64,000 bases of DNA, taken from the human T2T-CHM13v2.0 reference genome, Homo sapiens. Shown piece after piece: positions 30,696 to 48,344 of this stretch. The notes beneath the pieces were generated by a model, which was not told the DNA's origin, searched no databases, and saw only the letters and a program-made list of their open reading frames with translations. The stretch's first letter is position 1. Each line of letters opens with the position of its first letter. The translations under genes were made by a program, and so were the position numbers. The DNA lies in assembly GCF_009914755.1 (NCBI RefSeq), contig NC_060928.1; one strand, written 5' to 3'.

Positions 30696-30787
30696 CTAAA
30701 ACAAGAGTGGGAAAAAATTAGTATTTTCCTTTTCAAAGCATCAGTTGACTGAGAGGAATGATGTGTTTTGCAGAAATGACGCTTTAC

Positions 30788-30971
30788 CTGAGCTATGGAG
30801 TAGTCAGAGGAATTAGCTGCCTGCAGGCCTTCATTGCCACTGATACCAACACCAACGTGCGCTGTCTGTATCATGCTGACATCATTTGCTCCATCACCGA
30901 TTGCAAGCGTTACGACTTTGACTTGTTTCTTAACCATCTCAACAACTTCAGATTTTTGAAGAGGAGAAACC
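30788..30971 (-). CDS. ATP8A1: ATP8A1 coding exon (184 nt), (R)[10 protein letters not shown]...[11 protein letters not shown]...DYSIAQ
   Basis: tttcag|G and CAG|gtaaag; contains the P-type ATPase hinge motif GDGAND and the P4-type [10 protein letters not shown]. Confidence 0.98.
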
Positions 30972-31525
30972 CTGAAATTGAAACACATTATCAATTACTG
31001 TTTTCTGAAAAAAGGAATTTTGAAATGCCATCGTGTTGAAGGATAAAAGATGCAAAAGACCTAAATGAATAGTTCTCTGAAGAAACCTTATGATAAAGTT
31101 TTAGGTTTGCAAATGTTTACTCATCTGTTAACCTGGTTACTGTATTAAGGAAAATTAAAATAAATAAAAACAAGCCTCAGAGGCAAACCCCTAGGTGACA
31201 TCTAGAAGAGAGAATGCTTTGTTAAACATTAGCCTGCCAGAATGCCTTTACTTCCTAACAAACATCAGAATTTCTAATTCTTCACTTACAAATTAAAAAC
31301 AATGTCATAAATGCTGCCAAACACTAACTAAATCCTACATAGTAGCTGGAAAGTAAAAGTTTTGAGCTTCTGCAATCTGATCTTAGATAATGTACTATAC
31401 GCTTAAAACTCTACTTAAATTAATTCTCAGACACCATGGAAAATGCCAAGTATCTGATTATAGTTCATGGGCTTCATTTTCTTCCAAAGCCACTAAGGGT
31501 CAAGTAAAAATCAAGCAACCTCTTA

Positions 31526-32054
<529 letters not shown>

Positions 32055-33294
32055 CTAACAAACAGTTAAGCTAATAATTAGATAGTAAGAAACAACTTAT
32101 GTACACAATGTTCAAACAAGAAAAACATCTCAGAGCTAAATTATTTATCAAGGTTATGTGGCATAGATGACTAATAATAAATATCTGCTAAAACATCTGA
32201 AAAATCATTTACTATTCTATTTAAAAATGAAGATCACCACTTTGAGAGAATCGATACAACTTTGTCCATTTTCCTGATCATTCCATAGGAAAAATTTTTA
32301 GTGGTAGATACTCTGCACAAATATGTGCCTTCAGGAGGCCCCACTGCCCTTATGAACTGCTTCAGCCAGAGCAGCTCTGGTTTTTATTTCAAGTCTGAGA
32401 ATCATTGCATTAGACTGTGAGCTGCCTGTAAAGTCAATTGGTCTCCTCTTCTTTGTATTTTTAGTGCCTGATCCAAAATAGATACTCAATACATGGTTGC
32501 TATACGAAAAAACCATTTTTAATTTTTTCTTTGGATTTCCTTTTACAGTCTGGCAATAGTACAAAATGACACAACTGTGAACTCAGCAAGGAAATGAATG
32601 CCTATCAGGCCATTAGCAGGCTATTTCACTGTTAGCTTGATTTTTCTTCAAAGCAATTTTCATTTCATTTTCACATTTTATTTAATTTTTCTTACCAGGC
32701 TAATATAAACTGGTAAGTCCACTGGCTGTAGGCCAATGTTTAAACCTGGACTACAGTTGACATTTAGTAAATGTCAAAAAGGAATGCTCACCAATAAATG
32801 ATCTAGAATGGGAAATGGGCATGAATAGAGAGAAGCATTTGAAAGCTTTATCAAATTCTCTTTAATAGTCTAACAGTATGAATACATTATGAAGTTACAC
32901 CAAGGGTTCAACAGAACTAGGAAACAGTGGTACTTTTTCCATAACTAAACTTGTAATAAAGGAGAAATCTCTGCAAGGTGAGCTGACATTAGTGATTTTT
33001 AAAAAGCATCAGAAAAGAGTTGGACTAAATTTAGTTTTCTTCATGGTGATCACAACCAACCACTGCTTTCTCTGCTTGATACTGTAATTTTCAACACCCA
33101 AATTAAAATTGGCTGAGGATTTTCATTCAATTCTGTATGGTTAAATGAGGTGTTAAAGAGTAGGATTGCCCTTAGCAACAATGCCCATTTAAGAAAAAAG
33201 AAAATGATATAGTGAGAGACATTTCAAAAGCACACTGCAGCTGCTACTAGCCAGAGCATCTGCTTCCATTACCAAGCTTTAAAAGTGGATGACT

Positions 33295-34706
<1,412 letters not shown>

Positions 34707-37657
34707 AAGACATAATGGAAGCCTTTTCTTATGATTCTGAAACATCAGTTGGTTGCTAAACAAAGATGTCAGATTTAAGTGGAGATTCATACAAAATAAA
34801 ATATACATTCTTAAAATATTTAACTCAAAATATAAATGTACAAACTGTGATGCAGGTCAAAGAACCTTACTTTGCATAGGGGTCTGCTGTTTGAAACTCT
34901 GCATGTTTTTGTAGCAGAAATCTCACTCAGGCATAGTCAATGGTTTGCCTCACTAAAATGGAGACCAGAATGTACTGATTCCTTTTACCCCAGTTTATAG
35001 TTAGTTTACTCCAAAATTTGACAGCAATATTTTTTAGCAACTCAAAAAGTCTTTTAGAGCATTATACCTGGATTTACTAGCAATAATTTTTACTCAGTTA
35101 TTTGAATGAAGTTATGAGATATTTAATTAAATGATTATTTCAAGAAGTACAACAGGAATAAACGTACTAGGGAACGAGCCCCACTTACAATGCACCAAGT
35201 CAATTCATGGAAGCCGAAGAGCATGTACACACCCAAGAGCCTCTGGGTGTGAGCATAGTGTGCTGTGAGTACCTGGCAGAAGGCTGTAGGGAAGGAATGT
35301 GGCTGAAAGGGATTCAGGTTTGTCAAGCTGAAGTCAGTAAAAAAGATCCACTATTTTTATAGCATCCATTTAAAAAATGGTTCCTTGCTACAAGGGGGTT
35401 ACAATATAGCAAAACAAAATTATAAGACATTAAAAATGAATGTAGCATAAAGCTTTGATATGATTGCCCCTCTTTGATAATTTCAGAAATCAACATGGGC
35501 TTTAAGAGGCCTCCCTTGATAAGTTAGAATTTGACTTGGCCTTTGAAAGGAGAGGAGAGTTCACTTCAGGTAACAGAAATAGCACATAATAAATTTTAAC
35601 TTCACACTCAAAATTCTCCAGAATATATTATTTTCTACTGCTGTGTCTCCACCTGTTAAAAGATTACTCTACTCAGAGTTTATTTACTTTCTTGATTGTC
35701 AGTACACTTGCTTCTAGATTCATACAATTTCCATATGAGTCTAGAACTACCTTACCACACAACAACTTAATTCTTCCTATGTCTATAAAAAAAATCACAT
35801 ATCCATGGCTGAGAATATCTAAAACCTAAACAAATGCCAATAGTGACTCAACGTATAATTCTGAAACATCATAAAGGCACTGTTTTCTTCCCTGAGATTG
35901 TTTTATTTTAACCATTTGTGGGTCTGCATCCAGGATTTAAATTATTCACAGTTATCTTCTGTTCCACCGTTGCTTTTTCTTCTTTGGTAGAAGAGACTCC
36001 ATGGAAAAAGACTACGTATCCAATGTGTACTGTAAACGTCCCTTTCTCTTCCCTGTGGCTCCACAAACAGAGGGTGGTCCTTTCTGATACAACCTAGACG
36101 TGCACTGAGTGCAATATGCTTTTCAGATATTATTTTGGCTGTAGTTTCTGCACATGTTATTCATTATTTTTCTTATTTTCTATGCAGTAACTCTCACTGC
36201 CCTGTGAACGTTAGATCAGAGCACTGGAAATTTTTACCATTTAAGCTAAGAAGTATATAGGTGGTCCATCTTACATGAAGCTTGTTTTGCACTCTTAATG
36301 GGATTAGCTAAATGAATCACCTTTCTAAATGAAATATGAAGAATATATGTACATATATATAATAGATGTATAATAAAGGATAATTTAAGGAATTTTTTAT
36401 AGGTAGCCAAAAGGAATACAATAATTTATCCACTGGATTGTGTTTTGGGATTAATAACCTAAAAAATTCTTACATATACACAAAATTATACTGATAATAT
36501 AATATGATCTCAAAGACTTATACTGGAAACTTAAAAATTACTATGAAGTTGCCTTTAGAAGGTAAATCTAGAAAACTTTTTAGAAGAATATGAAGGAACA
36601 TAGTATTTTCTAGTTCTCCTGAAGTGTTTTATATAGTGACCAAGCCCAGTATTTACTAAATTTCTTTAACTTCCTCAAACTTTAAATTTGAGGTCTGCTC
36701 CAGGTGCCTATTTAGAGGTCAGAATCATTAGTGAGGGGATCTGCTGTGCTTTTCTTTGCAACAAACTTCCTAAGATTTCTCCTGTGAATATCAGTGTATT
36801 TCCAACTGACTCATATTTTGTTGACTATTTACAGAAATTACAAAAGGAGAGAAAAACGTAAACTAGAAGATCTTACTTGAATCCTTCTGAACTAAAATTT
36901 GGCAGGTTCATTTATAAAATTTCACATTGAGAAAAAATTAAGATACAGCAAAAAAAAACCTGATGTACAAAAACTACAAAATATTGTTAACTCCTCTAGA
37001 AGCTCACCATCAACTTGTTACTTGGAATGAAAACAGCAGCTTACATAGCAAGTCTTAAAAATGATACTTAGCAATATGGTACATAATGAAACATTCAACC
37101 ACTTCTTACCTAGAAGTGCGCTATTCAAATGACTGATGAGTGAGAGCTCTCCTAGCCTCCAAAACCAACATCTGTTGATATACTGTGCAGTCATAGGCAT
37201 TCAGGAGACCTTACAATATAGAGACTGAGTCTACAGAAATAAAATACAGATAGCCTTTCCATAGGACAAAAAAGGAAAGCAAATTTAAAAAAGATTTCCT
37301 TTCTGCAATGCATTTTAGATATAAAACCTCTCTTTTGTAGAATTTATGTGGTTATAGGTAAACGTACTGCCTTCTGCTTCAATGATTCAGATAAGTAGTT
37401 TAAATAGGGACCGTTTCTATTGATGGTGTGTATTTGATTATGCATGTATGTGCATGTGTGCACTAATTAGCAAATAGACCTATGAAAGGCACTAAGAAGA
37501 GAACTCCGCCTAGTATAGATATTTATTATGGTGTTCACACAAGAAAGCTTAGTTTATCTACAATATTGCTGTTCATTTTCTCTTCAGAAAATATCATCTA
37601 GTTATATTGAACCTAGCACTGTACTCAGCACAAGGCAGAATTAAAAATGGTAGCAAG

Positions 37658-38304
<647 letters not shown>

Positions 38305-38350
38305 GGTAGTGGAACCAAATAAATGGAAATGTTACAAGAAAGAGAAATTT

Positions 38351-38667
<317 letters not shown>

Positions 38668-39506
38668 AGCATGGTTGAGGCAGTTCCTAAAAACATTAAT
38701 TTGGATTGACCAAAGTATGTTTTATATATATCTGAATATGATCTAGGAAAAGGACAATGAAAATGAAAATAAAAACACAGAGGGCCCCAAATAAAAGTGG
38801 TTTCAAAAATGACCCTGAGGTTTCAAATCTGGGTTACTGGGAGAATGAGGGTCTAAACGTAAATGGAAAAGGCAAGAAGAATATTGACAGCGGAAAAGTA
38901 TCAGGGAAGTTCTAGATACTCAGAAGTTTAGATAGCAGTGGGATACTCTGGCAGACTCATTTAAGCATGCTGACTGAAAAGTTGGAATTGGACTTGGAAA
39001 AGAGTGTAGAGTTGGGAATGTGCCTCCAGGTGTCATTGATTCAAGTATTTACTTAAGTATTAAGTGATCCTTTAGTATGTGATTAAAGCTCTGCGGAAGA
39101 ACACAAGGAGAATAAAGCAGATCTCAGGATCTTTCTTCTGCCCCCAAGAGTTATTAATTTAAGGACTTTTATTGAGGTACTGTCCCGGGAGTTAAATATT
39201 GACAGCCTATATGATAGTAGTCCCTCTCTGTACACCTGCTCTGAAGAGACAGAAATTTTTCCTGCATGGATCAACGCCATGCCACCTCTCTATTTAGGGA
39301 GCCTTGCCAATGGGACTGGTGTGCTCTCAACTGGGAAGCACTTCTATTCAAGAAGGCCTAGAGTGCTTCCCCTTTCAGCTCTACCCTGTTGTGAGCTTGG
39401 TCTCAGAGTGGCCTCCATTCCCTTCCCATTCCCAGTGTCTGACTGGAGCACACATGCCCTGTGATCTCTTTTCCTATGACTCTGGGGAGGTAAGGAAGGG
39501 ATAAAG

Positions 39507-39886
<380 letters not shown>

Positions 39887-41056
39887 TGACCTTCCTATGC
39901 TGTGTGGATAAGTTTCTCCAAGGAACCTTCTCTCACCTTAAAACTACCTAGTGGAAGGTGGAACAATTGGTCGCACAGACTATTGACAGAAACTAAAATA
40001 CAACTCTGAAGATGTCAGGAGTTAAAAAAGGAGGCCAGTAAAGTTCAGGGTCATAATTATCAACTACAAATTCAAGAGAAACCTTTGGGGCGACAGGAAG
40101 TGGTGAATACTTGGGAGAAGCTGAGCGGCATGGAGGAAAAGAGTGGCATGTGAGGGATAATGGAAGAACACACAGATGGGCAAGGTTTCTGGCTGCATTG
40201 TTCCCTGCCCATGGCACCCTGTTTGAGCTGACCAGCATGAGTGGGGTGAGACTGGGCTGGATGGAGCCTCACTCATTCCAACTGTAGAGTTTGGCTTAGG
40301 TTTGGAGCTTATGAAATCAAACCCAAAATAACATGCTTAAAAAACAAAACACTCCAATTCCAGGAGTACATCCTCAGTGCCCTAAAGCTAAAACTGCAGA
40401 AAGAATTCCTACGCATGCCTTGGAACAGGAAAGCCAGATCTTTTGGTCAACCTGAAGGCACAGAGCCAGGCAGGGACAGGTGCCAGTAATATGGCTGTGC
40501 TGACAGACCCCTGAATGCCACCTCACACGGGGAATTCCATCAGAGTGCAGCTGCCTCTAACAAGAGGAGAGCTCAGGTAAAGGCACTAGGGGAAAACAGG
40601 GATTTAATGAACTGAGATTGGGCCCTGCCTCCAAATTTACCTAATCAGGACCTAGCTTTTGCTGTTCCTCCAAAGGGACATTAATGCCTGTTAGAAACAA
40701 TAGGGGAAAGGGTCCCTCACAGAATAGAGTACAAAAGTTTCAAACCAGCATAGGAAAATCTGACCTAGAGAGTGAAAGTTAGGGGGAGAAAAAAAAAAGA
40801 AACAAAATCATAATAGATGGAAACCAAAATAAATGGGAAGAAATGAGGTCCAATATAGCAACAATTATAATAACAATATAATGTTTATTTGCACCCAACA
40901 CATTGAATTCTCAGAACAATCCCATAAGTTATTATTGTCACCATTTTACAAACGAGGAATCCAAGGCACAAACAATATTTATTAAGGTTTAAGGTAAAAT
41001 GGCAAATGATGAAGCTAGGATTCAATCCCAAGCAGTGTGGATTCAGACACAGCATT

Positions 41057-41250
41057 CTTTTATTTTTTGGAACAAGGTCTCACTCTGTCGCCAGGCTGGA
41101 CTGCAGTGGTGCCAACATGGCTCATTGTAGCCTTGACCTCCTGGGCTCAAGTGATCCTCCTGTCTCAGGACCATAGGTGTATGCCACCACACCTGGCTAA
41201 TTTGTAATTTTTTTGGAGACTCAAGGTCTTACTTTGTTGGTCAGGCTGGA
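41057..41250 (-). repeat. Truncated AluJ
   Basis: Partial reverse Alu; flanking repeat cagacacagcatt. Confidence 0.85.
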
Positions 41251-41624
41251 CAGACACAGCATTGTTAACCACTATATTATACAGAAGGATTGAACATAAG
41301 GATTTGGAGAAAAAACAAAAGACAAGACACATAATGAAACAAAGGAAAGCCAGGTTAGCAAATTAAATATCAGACAAAAAAAAAAAAAAAAATTCAGGAC
41401 ATAGAAAAGGCCATAACGGTCAGAGAGAAATCTTTATATATGACAGTATATAATATATACTGTCAGGCAAAATATATATTTCACCTGAAATATTCAATTA
41501 GGCTATATAAGAGAAAATTAGATATAATTTATAAGAGCAACAAACATTTGAATAATAGGTGCCACGTATTAGCTCATTTATTCTTCATAACTCTATGAGA
41601 AGAACAATTTCTATCTCTATTTTA

Positions 41625-41933
<309 letters not shown>

Positions 41934-42193
41934 GATTAAAATACTAAAACCAGAGAAGTAACCTGTTGTTCAGCTACTAAGAGGTAGAGTCTAGGCTCTG
42001 GAAAGTCTGGCCTCAGTTCCTGAGCACTACAGCACAGGGCATACCAGCAGAGGGAAGAAGAGTGGATTGTTTAGTAAATGCTATTGAAAGAATTTGCTCA
42101 TGATGCAGAAATGAATAACAAAGGATCCCCCCTCCTTCCTAGCATATACAAAAATAAACTCCATATGTGTAAAAGACCTACATGAAAAAACTA

Positions 42194-42600
<407 letters not shown>

Positions 42601-43574
42601 TCAAAGCCAATGATTTCTGTTTAAGGAAGGGTATCACAGGCAAAATTAAGAAGGGAGCCAGCCTAGAAGACACCTGCTACATCAATAATCAACAACAACA
42701 AAAAATCAATGTCCAGAATACACAAAGAGTTCTCATATACAAGCAGGAAAAAAGAGAAGAAACCCAACAGAAATTTCAGTATCCCTTTCCCTTCTTCAGC
42801 GTACTACTTTTCTTCATAGCAATATTACCACTGATTTTATATATGTCTGTTTGATATATATCAATTATTACCATTCACACATACACAAGCACACACACAG
42901 CAATTATTGTCTTTTGAATATTTGTGTGTATATTTACTGATGTTATTGAACAACAGCTATGATGTGAAGGCTGGGATTATTTTTTTCCCATTGTTCACCG
43001 CTCTATTTCTAGTACTTATTAAGGTTACTGGCACACAGGGAGCACTCAAAAAACACTTGCTGAATGAATAAGTGAATGAATAAATTTCAAAAGCAGAAAC
43101 TGAGAAAGGTAAATACTCCTGTGAGATGTTCAACCTCTCTAGTAATCAGAGAAATTAAAATCAAAACAACAAGGCGTCATTTCACAACCATCAAATTGGC
43201 CAAGTTATAAATTCAGTAATACTATGTATTGTTATTAAGGTAGGGAAACAGCAACTCTATTCCATGGATCTGGGATGGCACACTAGTAGAGTTGTTTTGG
43301 AATAATGTGGCAATTCTGATGGGAAAGAATTATACATATACGCCACAGCCAAGCAATCCCATACCCATCCCCCTCTCTTTCTCTCTCTCCCCATGTAAGA
43401 GTTTTCTCCTAGAAAAACTCTTGCCTGGGGGCATACAGAGGATATAGATTGCAGTACGTTTCATTGTAGCAAAGATTTGGAGGAAACCTCTGTGGTATCC
43501 CTATGAGAAGAGATAAATAAAATGATGTATATGCATTAGTGTAATAACAAGCAGTGATAAGAATAAACAAACTT

Positions 43575-43893
43575 GGCTAGGCGCAGTGGCTCACGCCTGT
43601 AATCACTGCACTTTGGGAGGTCTAGGTGGGAGGATCACTTGAGCCCAGGAGTTTGAGAACAGCCTGGGCAACAAAGGCAGACCCTGTCTCTAAAAAAAAA
43701 AAAAAAAAAGTTTAAAAATTAGCTGGGAGTAGTGGCGCAGGCCTGTTATCCCAGCTACTCAGGAGGCTGATGTGAGAGGACAGCTTGAGCCTTGGAGGTC
43801 GAAGCTTCGGTGAGCTAAGATCAGGCTGCACTCCAGCCTGGGCAACAGAGCAAGACTCTACCTTCTCAAAAACAAAAACAAACAAAAAATAAA
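43575..43893 (+). repeat. AluJ
   Basis: ggaggatcacttgagcccaggag. Confidence 0.9.
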
Positions 43894-43902
43894 TTCGTTC
43901 TA

Positions 43903-44259
<357 letters not shown>

Positions 44260-45002
44260 TTATTTACTGGAGTGTCATTATAAACACAAAGCTTTTCTTC
44301 AATTCAATACACATATGATAGATATTTTTCACAGAATCACATATATACAACTAAAGTACAGCAAATGGATGGGAACATATGAAACACTTGAGAATATTTT
44401 TTCTAAGGTGAAATAGAATGGGACTGGGGATAAGGGGAATACACACACAAAAAAAAAACCACATAAAAAATCAAAGAGCCACTTGCTTTAGTTCAAGACT
44501 CTAGGGAGATGGCTAGCTTGCAAATCTTCCTCATTCTTTTGCTAGCATGTCCTCTAGCACCTTGCTGGGGGTTTTCCTAGAACAGAGGGAAGGCACCGCA
44601 GTGACCGAGCAGGGTCAGATATTTATGGCCCTGGGTTCTTCCTTTCTGTCCTGCTGCTATGTGTAAGTATGTATTGACACCTCATTGTAAAACAAATTCA
44701 TGTCCTTATTTTTAGGGATTTTCTTGGTTCTGATGGCATGGATAAGTTTAATGGAGCCACCAGATTGTGCAGCTGGCACCATAAAAAGAATGTCCATTTT
44801 TTCAAGGAATTGTGGAGAAAGCCAGTGAGGAGAGATGAGGAAATGTTTCAATTTTTGAGAAAAGAAAGGAACAGTCTAGAAATTACTCTCCTTGGAGAGA
44901 CTAGGAGAGCTTAGCATGAATTCCATCAGTATTGCAGGAAAGTTCTGTTTTAACTACCTCCTTCCATGTTCATTCATGAGCTACAGACACTTTATTATGG
45001 CC

Positions 45003-45210
45003 CCAGGGCTAAATTTAAGCAGCAGTGGTTTTTGTTACTTATAGTCTTATTGGAACATGGCCACACCCATTCATTCACAAATCATCTAGAGCTGCTTTCA
45101 TGCTACAACTGCAGAGTTGAGTAGCTGTAAGGGAGAAAGCTGTATGGCCTGCAAAGCCTACAGATACTTACTATCTGTCCCTGCACAGAAAATATATGCC
45201 CCACCTTGCT
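45003..45210. mobile_element. MER58A-like hAT relic
   Basis: ttattggaacatggccacacccattcatt...gcagagttgagtagctg...tatggcctgcaaagcct. Confidence 0.7.
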
Positions 45211-45879
45211 CAAAACACCAAGCCCTTCTTTAACTTGTCCTAAGTCAAAATGGCTCAGATCCGTTTACTGAAAAGGAAGTAATCACTGGAAACCATCATG
45301 GGTTCAGGGAGAACCAGTTACACAAAGCTAACTCTGCTTCCCTTTCCCACACAATGAGGTCAGTAGGCTGACAGGTCAGAGAAATGCCATAGGTTCCACA
45401 CATCATGTTCTTAGCAAATCAGAACTGTCAGAGAACCGTAAGCAATCCATTAGGCAGATTTGTATTTCACTGAAGAACAGAGGAGAGTGCTGATGTACTG
45501 ATGACTGATTTTGTAAAGCTTTGGGGAGGCCTTCAGTAGAAAGCTACAGAGCACTGCATTTAAAATTTGTGGAACAGAAAAGAGTCATCAAGAATTTGGA
45601 TGTGGTTGTGGAAGGTATATATGTTTATTCAAAGTTAGTATGAAACAAAACAGTAAAATGAATAAGAGGGATGGTGATGGAAATCAAGGTAGCAGTTATC
45701 TTTGGGAGGCTCCTCAACTAAAGGGAGCATGAGGGGCTTCTTGGGGGCTGCTCCTGCTTGGGTGCTTGTCACAGGAGTGTGTGCACTTTGCGAAAATCCC
45801 AAGCGGGTGCATTTATACTTTATGTACTCTCCATTACGTGTTACCTACCTCATTAGAATTATGTAATCTGCAGTTCTGC

Positions 45880-45880
<1 letters not shown>

Positions 45881-45926
<46 letters not shown>
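45881..45926. repeat. (TG)23 microsatellite
   Basis: Perfect repeat, counted directly. Confidence 0.97.
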
Positions 45927-45930
<4 letters not shown>

Positions 45931-47916
45931 GGTGATGGTGGCAATGGTGATGATGGTTTACCTAAAAGGAGTCACACCTAAAACTGTAAAATGTTGAATT
46001 ACAGTAGGCTTCTGTAGCATTTAGATTTCTTATATATTTTTAGACATTTTATTGTCAAATATAGACTTACCTGGTGGTGGTCATCATAATTGGCTAATAG
46101 GCTGTAATATAGCCATTGCAGTTCCTTTAATACTACTCAGTCAAGGTGGAATAGCAAAGGAGATGGACAGGGCTGAGCAGATGATTACTATGTTAAAGCA
46201 AACTATTGGCATTTTATGAAGTTATAAAGTGTATTCAGTGTGTCCTCTTTTAGCTGTACACGTATGAAAGAAATATTCTCTCAACATTTCCAACATTTAT
46301 TCATATTTTCTTGGAAGCAAATATAGGGTTGACATTCATTAACAGTTTGTAAAAGTCTTTTCAAAGCCAAACATCTGCTTGGCATCCAATGGTGTTCACA
46401 AATTTTTTTCCTTAAAGGAATGTCTGTTGAGCATTTATTAGCTTCATTTGTGCTTTATGACTACTTTTTAAGTAGAACATATATTTAGAGAAATTCTTAA
46501 AGCTAAAGACAATCTCTAAAGATTTAAGAAGTAGATGTGCCTTTATTTAATGCACTCATGCTATGACAGCAAATATTCAGTGTCCCTTTAGACTTCTTGC
46601 AGGACCCCTTGATAGGAGTAAGGTGAAAGGTTTTGCCTGGAATGCCACTCCCAAATGACAACACTCACTGAAGTCAAGTGTTTTTTTATACACTATGAGG
46701 AAAATGGCCTAAAAGGGGGTTAAACTTTGATTAGAGATGTTGCAAGTAGGAAAAAATGCTTACTTCAATTTAACTTTTGCTTTTCAGAAGACATGAGTAC
46801 ATAAATTATGTAGAACGATGATTACTAGACAGTCTAAAAGCTGGAGGCTCTAAGCCAATTTTCAACCAACTGTCACAGAACATAAGTTTCAAAATATGTT
46901 TAAACTAAACTGACAACTACAGAAAAATGTAAAATTCTTTGAAAGGCTGGGTTATGTGAACTGATGAGGACCTCAGAAACCACATGCTATTTAACACACA
47001 GTAATACTTCACTGCAACATTCCCACTCTCTTCTGGAGGGAATATTAAAAGAGGTAGAACAGATGCTTCCCCAAATTAAGCTGATCCCAGCAGTAGAAAG
47101 ACTGTTCCCAGCAGAGTGGCCAACAGAAGGAAGGTCCATCCACAACCTAAAAGGGCTATGAGAGGTCCTCTGGCCCAGCAGCTTTCCAACCAGGACAAGA
47201 TAACCCAGGAAGGGGGCATGTGTGTATTTCCCACCCTGCTATGACGAAGCTGGTCCACTTTTATTTGCTTCCTATATCTGGGTTCCCTGGAAGATAGGAA
47301 TCACTGATATTCCAATCTCTTCATTTTGTAGGTCACAAAACCAAGGCCAGAGAGATTCCATCAGATACCCAAACTGCCAAATCAGTAGAGCTAGAACAAG
47401 CATTCTGTGAATCTCTAGATAAAATGCTTTTATACCAATTATACAGACTGTAGGACCAGGGGGCATAAAGCACTGGTCCCTGAGACTAAGAATTACTTAT
47501 TTAGTACAGTTACTCCCTGGGATAGTGCTTGATTTCAGCTGTATCCATAAATCTCCATGAGTCTTAGAACAAGCTTTTTTCCCTACGTCTACCTCTCCAA
47601 GGAGTTTCAGTGAGTCTGTAAAACCCCTGAAGGGCTTCATGAAATTTTACATGTTTGTGTGCATGTGTACTTCTTCTGGAAGGAATGGTCTATAACTTTC
47701 ATTTATTCTCCAAAAGTATCCGTGATCACACCAAATCATGAGAATCAGTGGACTTGTGTGAGGGAGTAGAGGGGAAGAAGAACCATAAAGGAGCAGTTTA
47801 TAACTGGGAAAATGAATCAGAAACTATCTATAAATTAGATGCATTCAGGTTATGCAGGTAAATACTCACAATGTTAAAAACAGAAGCTGCACAGTATCTA
47901 TGAAAGAACAGTAGTT

Positions 47917-48344
<428 letters not shown>

